33,997 nucleotides of DNA from Macrostomum lignano (Eukaryota). Below are positions 1-12,000 of the stretch, piece by piece. The stretch's first letter is position 1. Every line of letters begins with the position of its first letter. The position numbers and the translations under genes are program-made. The notes below the pieces were generated by a model. It ran no database searches and was not told the DNA's origin. It worked only from the letters and a program-made list of their open reading frames with translations. The stretch lies in assembly GCA_002269645.1 (NCBI GenBank), contig NIVC01004830.1:1-33997 (forward strand), given 5' to 3'.

Positions 1-3000
1 TTGCTTCTGTGACCGGTGAGTTTCCTTCACTTAAAGTACACGTAGAAGGACTTTGTAAATCGTATCGTCTCTTATTGAAGAAATATTTAAAAAATGGAAC
101 CTCAATACTTACAGCTTCGAGTGCATCTAGCTGTCTGGCAAAGGCGCTGAAGTCTCAGCAGTTGATCCGATCCGTCCACTTCCGAGCTCCCGCCAATTGC
201 AGCCTGTTTGACAAAGACATCTTGTACCATGTGGGCTTCGTAGTTCAGGGCGATTCTAGCACCGATGTCGTTTACTACCTGAAAAGTAAGGACTATATGC
301 GGATAAAAGTGAGAAATAAGTAATAGAGAGAGGATCGTGTGACATGGAGAGGAAGACTTGAAGACAGACAGGGGGACTGACTGGGTGACAGATGGACAGA
401 TTGGGAGACAGATGGACAGATTGGGAGACAGATGGACAGATTGGGAGACAGATGTACAGATTGGGAGACAGATGACAGATTGGGAGACAGATGGACAGAT
501 TGGGAGACAGAGGGACAGACTGGAAGACAGAGGGATAGACTGGAAGACAGAGGGACAGACTGGAAGACAGAGGGATAGACTGGAAGACAGAGGATAGACT
601 GGAAGACAGAGGGACAGACTGGAAGACAGAGGGACAGACTGGAAGACAGAGGGATAGACTGGAAGACAGAGGGATAGACTGGAAGACAGAGGGATAGACT
701 GGAAGACAGAGGGACAGACTGAAGACAGAGGGACAGACTGGAAGACAGAGGGATAGACTGGAAGACAGAGGGACAGACTGGAAGACAGAGGGATAGACTG
801 GAAGACAGAGGGATAGACTGGAAGACAGAGGGACAGACTGGAAGACAGAGGATAGACTGGAAGACAGAGGGATAGACTGGAAGACAGAGGACAGACTGGA
901 AGACAGAGGGATAGACTAGAAACAGAGGGATAGACAGGCAGACAAGCTGGAAGACAGGCTGGAGACAAGGGTGAGGAAGAGACTTGAAGTTCCTGAGTCT
1001 AATTCATGCACCCCTGCTCTAACACAGACGGCTCCTGCTCAAACAATATTCTGACTGACCCGCATTCCGAGCCAACGTGAGCAGCGCTGGCGGCAGTTCG
1101 CTGAGCGGAGCCACTCTCGACACCACTGGCTGGTTAGCCACAAGTGCAGCGGATTATGTTCAGGTTTCTTCATGAGTAGAATCGACCTGATCACCGTGTC
1201 AATCCGAGGGCATTCCAGTTCGCCGAGGTGGACGGCTCTGCTGGGTATCCAGTACAGCACTTACGGGCGACAGCTGGAGCGATGTGGTGCGTTGTCTGCT
1301 TAGATTGGGAAAACAACAAAAATCATACAAAGCTTCTTCCTAATGGAACCTCTATCGTTTTACCTAAGTGATCAACATAGCTAGAAAAAACCTTTACACC
1401 AGTAGACACCACCCCTCCGTAGAGATTTTTTTAATATTGTTAATAGAGGATTGGCCCTCGTGGTTATGAATCGCACGAGAAGCCCCCAGGAAAACTTTTT
1501 GTGCACGCGTGTCACAAAATAATGTGGCCGTGTCCGGAATTGAACCCGGGTTCACCCACGTCACCGTTTCCGCTCTGCAGGAAGGAAAGCCCCTGATACG
1601 TCTCAAAGTAATCCGTCACAATTGGGACAATTTAATTTACTCAAATCAATACATTTTTAGAACGTAACGGCCAACAGCGACCAAAATACGTTGAATTACA
1701 TCGAGCTCAGCCCCGTGCTGACTGGGCGGTACTTCCGATTTACTGGATTCGGCGCCTCAGCCGCTTTCCGGATGACACTTAAGGGCTGTTTTGGTAAGCT
1801 TTTTTTGCAAGCAGATTTTAAACATACGCTCGTATGTATGCACCTAAAACCGTGTACCACATTAACAACGCGTCCGCTCTTCAGCCGAACGCATCGAGAC
1901 GCGCCTGTCGAAGCTGCCAAACGCTTCGGTTTCGCAGCAGTTGCGAACAATTCGAGTCAATGCCACCAACTTGGTATCGAGCGTCCAGCTGCAAGTTACC
2001 TGGCCAGTCGAACTGCCAATTGTTGGCCTAAGCCTGCTCAGCAATCGCCATTGCCGTACGGAAACCAAGCCGTTATCGCGTTTACCGCCCAGAACGGTTC
2101 GGCCTTTAAGATCGACTCCTATTACGATGCCAGGCGCGTCTACGACTCCCTGGTCCAGGTTAGCAACAACGGGCCGCCAATTAGCGGCCAGGTCCAGCTG
2201 AACCTCACCTATCTCTCTAGTGTCGGTATATTCGTCTTCAATATGACCGCCGATAACTATATTTCGCTCAGCACGTCTTTGGTTACATCGAATCTGGAGG
2301 TCCAGTATCGGTGGACGGTTTCCGCGTGACCGGCTATAACCATAGTATGCTGAAGCGCCCTCAGAACGTGACAGATTCCATCAAATTTCACATCTGTATC
2401 GATAAAAATGTTCGCGATCTACAGCCGCCATCGCGCGTATCGTATTCCATCAACTTCGGCGACGGTTCACCTACGCTTGGCCCCTTCTCTGTTACCTGCG
2501 TGCGTGGAGTCTAATCAACCGGCTGGCCAGGTGTTCTGCCCTAACATCCAGGCAAACCAAGTCTTTTTGCCAAGAGACAGTTGCTTACGTCTACCCTGTG
2601 CCCGGCGTGTTCAACGTGACGCTAAACCTGAGCAACGAAGTATCTAGGGACGACCAATACACAATGCACACGGTATATTCGCAGGTTAGCAACGTTTGGG
2701 GCGTCTTCCAATTGCACCCAGGATATAGTGGCGATTCACAGAAAGAGACGGCGAGCCTAACCAGCTATTTTGCCATGGAGATGCCTGTACTGATGCTGGC
2801 CCAGATGCAGTTTGGTGTCACGCCTAACATCTGGTACGAATGGAACTTTGGCGATGGTAGCAGTTTGCAGACAACATTTAATGTACCGCTAATGAATCAC
2901 ACGTACTCGAAGCCAGGTACTTACAATGTCGCAGTGACAGCCTACAATCCGAGAGCAGACTGACGGCATCAAAGCTAATCTATATCTTCCAAAGCGTCTC

Positions 3001-6000
3001 TGGGGTCACCCTATCCTCGGCAATGCCCTACCCCATGCTCACAGAGTACAGAGTCATCGTTACCGCGCGCTTACAATGGGAACCGAGGCGTGCTACCTGA
3101 TAGATTTCACGAGCTGGACTGAGAGTCACATGAGTCGAGTTCGTCAAACTAAAGAATCTCGTACCGTGTTCGGAGATGCAACCTACTGCGCCGCCACCGA
3201 GCCGTACAAGAGCTACATCTCTGAGTACTGGAACACTGACGCCGCAAGCGTCTACACCACCGCGTACGGGAATTACATCGCCGGAACTGGTCCAGCCTCA
3301 CTGAGTATCACCATACTCAAGAACATTACGGTGTACGGAGTCAGACCAATTACTGTACAAGCTTCGAACAAGGTATCTACATTCACGTCGAACTGGGACA
3401 TGACCTCGGCTAGGGGTTATTGCTACCCACCGAAAGCTCGTCTCGACCAGAACATTCAGAAGACATTCAAGCGCGGAGATGATGTGGTTATTAACGCGAA
3501 ACAGGTGATTAACTGCTACAATTCGTCGGCACAGTTAAAATGGAGTGTCGAAGTGCTGAATGGTAGCGTGTGGGTTAGTTATCAGAGCGAGCTGATCAGC
3601 TTCTTTGACAGATTTAAAGACACTGTGAACAAACAGCCTTATGAGTACTACACTCAAGGTATCTATTTTCCGGAAAAACGTCTTGGCTTGCAGCTAATCC
3701 AACTCCGTCTACCAAAGTACTCTTTAAAGCACTTTTCTGGTACGGGTACTACTTATCGAATCACCCTCGAGATCATCATGATCGAGGAGCCAAGTTTGGG
3801 ATCAAACAACTCGTTGGAAATTACGCTGGAGCCGGCAGACTTAAACCCGGTCATTCAGGCATCGTTTATGAACGGAGGCGTCTGGTACACGGCCGAGTCA
3901 CCCGCACAATTTCAGTACAAGAGTCCGCTGACACTGTCATGCGCTGCCTCAACGGATCCGGACATCTTTCTGGAAGGCGGCGAGACGCAGGATCTGGAGT
4001 GCGAGTGGTACTGCTATCGCAGCTGCGAAAGTCGACTAGTACTTAACGGTGAAAATTTGGCCTACGATAAAGCCAGCCAGAGCCACGGAGCCATGTGCGA
4101 CCAGTTCTCGCTTGAAGGCACCATGGTGACTCAGCTGGGCTGCTTTGCCAGGAACACGCTTCGCGATCGGAACTACATGCCCAAAGTGTCGCTGGACGAC
4201 TGGAAAGTGACGCGTAGCTTTGTCACTAATCCGGCCTCACTTAACTCGCTGAACTCCGTAGTTAGCTTTGTGTACAATGGCTCGCAGTTTACAGAAACTT
4301 GGCTGAACGATATCGAAAAGAACAATGTTACTAACTACCTGTACGCGATGAACAGCAGCACTGATGTGATCGTAGACACGGCTAACATGTTTGAGCTGCA
4401 GGAGCACTTCATGGTGCTGGTTGTTCGGGACAAGAGAGGCGTCAAGAAGCCGAAGAGAACACTCTTTCAGATGAAGCTGACTCGTGGAATGCCGCCCATG
4501 GTGTCTTTCTCGTGAGTTTTTTCTGATGGATTTTGCAAACTCTTTATAATGAGCATGTCGACTAGCAGAATCCCTTTTGGCATTGGAAAAACAACCAAAG
4601 ACATTTACAAGCTCGTATAGAAAAAATAGAAATGTCCTCACTAATTGTAACCAAATATCCAACAGTATTTAACGTCTATCTACTTTTAACCTAACCTAAA
4701 CTTTATTTCTGAAATTGCTCAGGCTCTTTAAAATGTTTAAAAACATTTGATATTCGTGTTGTGTGAAATCTGAAATTCTGAAATCCGAATTCTGAAAACA
4801 CAGTGCAACATCTGGATATCTCAAATAATTGGTATGATAGGAGCGTTGCTATTTGTGACCTTCTCATTAACAAAACCCGTACATAGCCAAAAGTTTGAGG
4901 TGCTCGTGACTAAATTCTTTGTTGTCGCATGAGACAAAGTGACACACGAAACCTAACGACCGGAATGACTTCACACCCACGTTTCTGTCTTCGGGTGAGC
5001 CAATCAATTTTCACTGTCATCTGCAGCTGCTGCTGCTGTTGCTGGTTTCCAACTCATTCAATTCTCAACAATGCAGCCATTATTTCAAATGAAATGCAGG
5101 AAATTCAAGTGCTCTTGTAAATGAGAAGCAAGAATTACTCCTCTGCATACAATGAGCAGGGTCTAACAGCTGTCAGTACTCTTGTAGAATGAGCTGCCAT
5201 TGTTGACGACACAAGATAAAACGTATTTCTACCTTTATCGTTTTGCATCTTATTGACTAAAATAATCACCGACGAAATTTAGCTTGTAATATATTTATTA
5301 ATAGTAGTAAAGCAGGCGTATTGTGTTCGTTAACTTGTTCAGGTGCGTGTCAAACTGCAACCAGGCCAAGATGAAGGGACTTATGTCGGGAATTAACGCC
5401 TGCAATCAGCCAGTGATTAAAATTGACGGTAAAACAGCCTTCAAGCTGCAGACGCAGATTCTGGATTACAATCCGGCGGCCACCTACTCGTACAGGTGGT
5501 GGATGTCTTCGATTTCGAATCCGTTCGATAAGTGCCCGGATGATCTTACCGAACAGGAGGTGCTGGAAAGTTTCGCCAGGCAGAATGAGAATTCGGGCGG
5601 CAGTCCTTGGTGCATTGTTGACGGCTGTAAGTGAGCTCGAGCTGGATACTTTGTTTCGAATATTTCATTGAAACTTTTTTGGGAAGATATCTGCTCTCAT
5701 TAACTGTTGTCCCTTTTTTTCAAACCGTTTCAGTGTCCAAGTCGAGTACAGGTGAGCTGGACTATGGATTGTTTGAGTTATATGGTTGAAAGGGTATCAC
5801 TAAATGCAAAGCATCAAAATCTCAATTCTAGACAGTTCTTGCAGCAGTTCAGCGGTGAACAGTCCTGACTGTCGCGCTATGATTTCTGATTTGATTATTT
5901 GCGGGGTTTGTTGTGCGATTTATGCTCAATGAGGGCCAGCTCCCAAGGCACAGGGAGAGTACATGTAAATGCCTGAGGATCAGAAAGTCAGCCAGGGCTG

Positions 6001-9000
6001 CTGTACACCCTGTGTGAGCGTGTGTACGAGTGCGTGCCTGCGTACAGTATTGGCGTGTTTGTGTGTGCTCAGTGGAGTCCTTGTCGCCAAATGCGTTATG
6101 CTTCGAGCTTTGGCTGTCAGCTTGACTATAATCTCTGACGACCACTTGCAAAAGTTGAGTAGGTAAAACTGTAGCACCTGGCGTGTCTCTTCATCCTCTA
6201 GGCATTGAGGGCCCAGGATTGGCGCTGGACGACAATCTGCCCTTCCTAACTAACGTGTCATCGAACCAGTACTTCCTCCTGCAAATCGTCTCCTATCGTG
6301 GCTCGGACACAAACAACACCGGCTTCACCCGGGTACTGTTTACCATCAACAGCAACCCGGACCTGTCCGGCCTGAATGTAAAAATCAATCCTTCCATCGG
6401 TGAAGCATTGCACACGCGGTTCGACATTGACTGCAGCGGAGCAGCGGACGACGATGGCATTCTTGGCTATTATGTGGGCTTCGCGACGAGACCGAATGCC
6501 GAGATGAGCCAGTGCAGCTGGATAAACTCTAGGATGAGTAAGTCATGCTTAGGAGCAGGTGTGGCTGATTACTCTGTGTGCACCAAATCAAGAATTTGAA
6601 AACCAGAGTTTTATTCATTACGCTTTAATATCAAAGAGTCAGCCTGGCCGTCACTCTCCGTTTCCCATTGCACAGTAAGCAGCTGCTCCATCACGAGCCA
6701 GTTGTTGCCAGCCGGCCTGCCAGGGAACGGCAACAAGGTGTGGATCTGCATCAAAGCTTACGACACCATCTATTCCTACAGTTTTGCAAGCAACTTCTCT
6801 GTAACTGTGACGACACCAGCCGTTTCCGTGGCAGCAAATCCGAACTTCCTACGCGAGAAGGAGAACGTGATAAACTCTGGCAGCCTGTCGGATCTGGTGT
6901 CATTTGCCAGCGTGGCGGCCACCTGCATGAACCAGCCGACGGCGGGCGGCAGCGACGGAAACGGCTCGACCGAGGCGCCGATTTCGCAGCAGCAGAGTCA
7001 GGAGGAGCTCGACAAGGCCATCACCATTCGTCGCGATCTGATGGTAGCGATCAAGAAAACTTTGCCGAATCAGAACGACAGTTCAACTAGTGTGGACGCT
7101 GGCGAAGTTCGAAGCACGCTGGACTGTCTGAGATTTCTCACCTCGAAGCCGGACGAAATCAACGACGAGAGCGTCAACGTTGCCAGCGACATCATCGACA
7201 GTCAGGCCAAGTTCCTCATTCGCAGCTCGACAGACCCCAACACGGGAGCTTCAGATATTGCTAACGCTGTTGGACCGCTGATTGAGGCGTCCAGCAACCT
7301 GCTTAAGGCTGGGGATAAGAACCAGAAACGCAGCGGAGGCAACAGCGGCACCAGCCAGAAGCAGCAGAAGCCGAACACGAAGCTACTAGGCACAATATCA
7401 GCTGGCGCATCGGCCATTTCCAACAAGCAGGTGGTTGGTGAGAAGCCAACCGTTTTGGTTGGAGGCGATCTGAGTCTTTCGGTTAGCAAGTCTGAGAACT
7501 ACAGGCTGAAAAATGGTGAGGATTTCATTTATTGAGGTTCTTAAGAGCTAAAAGAGACTTAACACTGCGTTAATAGATTATAAATAATCAACTAAACTGT
7601 ACAGTGAAGTAACCATTGAAGTGTGTATTCAGTGAACACGAGGTAACGGAGAATGCATAGGAAAATGTGGCTGAGAATTGTACATGCGGCTAAATAGTGT
7701 GCAATGAGGTACACGTGAGGCTAAGGAGTGCAAAGTGAAGTAAGCATGGAGCTAAGCAACGATGATCCAGAGAAGTCAAACGTTGCAAAACTTCAGCCGC
7801 TGTGGAACCGGGTCGCAAGTCCGACTGTGGCCGAGTGAAATTCGGTCAAACCAAGCGAGCCGACGGCAGCGAATTATTCAGCAAGTACAATCCGCAGTCG
7901 AAAAAGTTCGACAAGGCGCCCTACGTCAGCACGCAGTTTACTACGATGAACAACAACATGTTCGCTGTGGCCCAGGGCGGCGCCAATCTTACCTCAAACG
8001 TCTTCATGCTCAATACGCAGGACGGCGCTTCCGGTACAACTGAACCATTCAAAATCACCGAGACGGCTCCAGACTCTGAGATTGAAATCCTAATTTCCAC
8101 CAGGTCAGTGTTAGCAAGGACGTGATTAAAACTATTATATGATTCAGCCTCGCTTGATGCTAAACTACGCATTGACGTATTTTAAGAAAAGTCTGAGCAG
8201 AAAATCTTTTTCAACATGCAAATGCGGTAGTTAGAATTCGGTTCACGCTTTTTGAAGCATACATTATCGAGATATGACACTTACATGTAGATCTACAATA
8301 TCTCATATTTGCTTCGAGTTGGGCTTCACTTTCTTTAAGGTGTAAGTTTATGTTCGCAGTGATTAGGCACTCTTACGACGTACTCTTGGACTAGTTGTGC
8401 ACAGCGGTTGTGACACACTAAAAGCTCTCTCTCCGTCCTCTCCCACCACTTTCTTGTAAATGCTTCCATTTCTTTTACACGGCGACATTTTCGGGCTTAT
8501 GCGAGAAATTTTACGATTCAAATCTTTATTTGTCTACTTTTCTCAGTAGTCTAAATTGAATCTCTCAAATCCTGCTTCTTGCAAATTTTTTCTTGTGTAC
8601 GGTTTTTAACAGTTTTTACAGTACGTTCTGGCACTGTGATGAGTCGCAAATCCCGACAACTGTGTACTACAATAACAATAGACTATTGTTTCACTTATAG
8701 GGATGACAAAACGGGCACAGAGACCACCTTCATGGAGACACTGCCCGCAAAGGATAAAATGCGAGTTCAAATCGCCGAGGTCACTCCTGATCAGGGCCTG
8801 TTCGTTAAGCTTACTCGGTTCCTGAACTATACCGAGTTTTTAGAGAACTCAACCGAGTCTAATGTGACGGTTCAGGTAAGGATATTTGCGATATGAGTTA
8901 CAGGTTTTTTTTATAGAAATTCTGCGGGTCTTTGTAAAGGAATACGATTATCCAAAGCTGGAACTTGTTTCAACCCCACAAACTACACTGTAGATTCCTC

Positions 9001-12000
9001 AGCGCATTCTGATGAACAACTACACATTCTACGAGGGAGAATTCGAATTTCACGTCTACATGCGCGTCGGTCAAGCGCCAACAGACCAAGCGTTTGACTA
9101 CTTCTGCAAGCTGCCTCTGGGGAATCCGCCAAACTGTACAAACTCGGCGAGCACCGACTCGGGGTCTGATGGAACTGGCGACGCCTCGACCAACTCTTCG
9201 AATCCTGCTGGCACGACAGCCACCTCTAGAACTACTACGACTGCTACGCCTACGACAACAACGACTTCTAGTACAACAACGACTGGCACAGCTTCAAGTT
9301 CGGATAGCACCGAAAAATGTGCCAACCGTTGGGAGAGGGCCGACAGGTGGACTTGCTTCCTGCCGCCCGAGATGCTGGCTGTGTGAGTGTATAGAACGTG
9401 CATTTGATGTAGATCAATTTAGCGTCAAAGCCTACTGCGCAGCTTTGGGTTGTTTGTTACACGATTAAGCTGAGCAGACAAATCGAGTTTAAAAAACCGA
9501 AAAGGGTGGGGATAAAACAAGAAGTGGTTGGAAACTAAAACAGCATTTCACTTTCCGCAGACCCGTTGGAAAGGAGAAAATCTACATTGGCGTACGAGCT
9601 CTCCGACTCGACATGAACGAGACCGGTCTCGGACTGAACTCGTCCACCTTCCGGCGTATCCCAAGCGGTGTGCGATTCAGGGACAACATGACTAGCGACG
9701 GCTTCGACATGAGCGCCATAGACCCCGCTTTCTACGTTGTGGTCGGATACGAGAGCCTGATTTTTAGCACTGGCTGCCGATTCTACAATGAGACTTCAAA
9801 TTCAATGGAGAGTACCGGAGTTAGGGTGAGTTCATTTAGTGCCCCAAGTGTACTAAATATGAATTTACAGGTAGCAATAAAAACACACCTGCTTTGCACT
9901 TAACTTTTACAGCTCGGCCAGTGCTCCAATCCCTACCTGACACAGTGCTTCACTCGCCATCTGACCTCATTCATGTCCTCATTCTACGTGCCGCCAATCC
10001 AATTCGATCCGAACGACTCTGGCTGGCTCAAACTCGACTCAAACCCCATCGCCCTGGCTCTCGTTCTGTCTCTGGTCTGTTTCTACTTTCTCGTCATTAT
10101 CTGGGCCAGCAAGAAGGACCGGGAAGACGTCACCAAAGTTGGTGTGACGCCTCTGCCAGACAATGATCCGAGAGACGAGTTTGAGTACGAGCTCACATTC
10201 TGGACCGGCGCCAGAGGCGGTGCTGGGACGACAGCGAACGTGTCTCTAATCCTGTCAGGAGACGAAGGCGACACCCTGCCGAGACTGATCCGCGATCCGC
10301 AAAGGCTGGTGCTCCAACGCGGTGCCACGGACAGCTTCCTGATGCGCACTCCCGTGTACCTGGGCCGGCTGACCCACATGCGCCTGTGGCATGACAACGC
10401 TGGCAGCTCACCTAATTGGTACTTCTCTCGGCTGCTGGTGCACGACTTGCAAACTGGGGACAAGTACTACTTCATCAGCAACCGCTGGTTTGCTATTGAC
10501 GAAGATGACGGAATGGTGAGTTTATATGGTGCATCCAATCGTTTCTCGGTCTTTGCTCTGAAATCTTGGCATGTTGCACATGGAGTCTCGTGTAACAACA
10601 ATTAACTACATCGCTTCTCTTCCACGAAACCCGCAACCACAGGTGGACAGGATCATCGCCCTATCCGGCAAAGAGGAGATCAACGGCTTCGAGAACGTGT
10701 TCTGGACTCGCTCGCAGAAGAACCTGTATGACGGTCACCTGTGGTTCAGCGTGGTGACCAGGCCGGCCAGATCGAAGTTCACCAGGTGTCAGCGAGCCAC
10801 CGCCTGTCTCTGCCTGCTGATGAGCACCATGATGGTCAACCTGATGTTCTACAATCAGTCGCAGCACGTAGAGAGCCCCAAACTGATCGAGATCGGGCCA
10901 GTGAAGTTCACGCCTCACAGTATCTACATTGCAACGGTGTCCACCCTGATTATCCTGCCCGTGAACGTGCTCATTGTCCTGCTGTTTAAGAATAGGCGAG
11001 ACAGGGTCGTCGTGAAGAAGGTGAGACGCTTCAGACCTCGCTGCAACTTGAGGTTTAAATACAATTCGTTACACAATGAATTTAAAGCATATTTGAATCA
11101 ATCGAACTCACTCTGGACTCCTTCCAGCTCAATAAAAATCCATCCGAAAGCTTTATCTTTAGAATAAATATTTTATCATAAATCACTCTTAATTATCCGC
11201 CTAAACCCATCAAAATTCTGTCTGCATCGTGACCTCCACAGGGCTTCGAACGCGGCGGCGAAATGGAGCGCGGTGCCGCCGAACGTCGTCGAATCGCCGC
11301 GGCCGGTCGAGCGGACAGCGGCTCCGCCGAGTCGGTGGACGCTTCTCAAGCGCGGCGTGACATGGAGCACTCTCTTGACGCCAGCGGCCGTCTCGACACC
11401 GACGATGTGAGCGTCGGCATGGCAGCCGACAAGACTCAGGACAAGAAGTCGATCCCGCTGTCGCATCTGAAGGCGGCGCATCCCGACCAGTTCGGCGCCA
11501 TGCCCGATGCCGTCAGCCAGAGCAATCTTCGCGCCGACACCACCGGCGAGCACAAGAAGGGCGTCATGTCGGCCTTGAAGTCGGTCTGGTCAAAGATCTT
11601 CCCACTGCCCTGGTGGTCCTACTATATTGGCTACGGGCTCAGCTTTGCTACTGTCGCCGTGTGCACCTACCTAATGGTGGAATTCGCCAACGTACTGGGC
11701 GAGGCCAAGACAGCCGAATGGCTGGCCAGCATGGCCGTCACTCTGCTGCAGTCGATTGTCCTGGTTCAGCCGATCAAGATCCTGGCCATCGCTCTGATGT
11801 ACGCTGTGCTGATCCGCAAGCCCGAGGAGGACCAAGATGAGCTGACCAAGGAGATGACCATGATGGGCGTCGAGCCAATGCACAAGACCTTGACTATGCG
11901 CGACCTCTCCAACCCGGAGGTGCTGTCGAAGCTCGCCCGTATCAAACACTCGGCGCCGCCGCCTCCCGACGCTCGACTGTTGGAGTTCCAGCGGCAGCAG

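Noticed and set aside
309-314. Alternative donor GTGAGA for the second polycystin exon
   Set aside because: It gives phase 0 and an immediate stop in exon 1028; the donor GTAAGG at 286 (phase 1) fits.
5973-5986. Hammerhead-like CTGAGGA...GAAA
   Set aside because: Only 3 nt separate the core segments (no stem II), and the motif is absent from the second copy of the element.
5969-6166. Cys-rich ORF MPEDQKVSQGCCTPC...
   Set aside because: Arises from the GT-rich dispersed element; the frame is broken by stops in the second copy at 16124.
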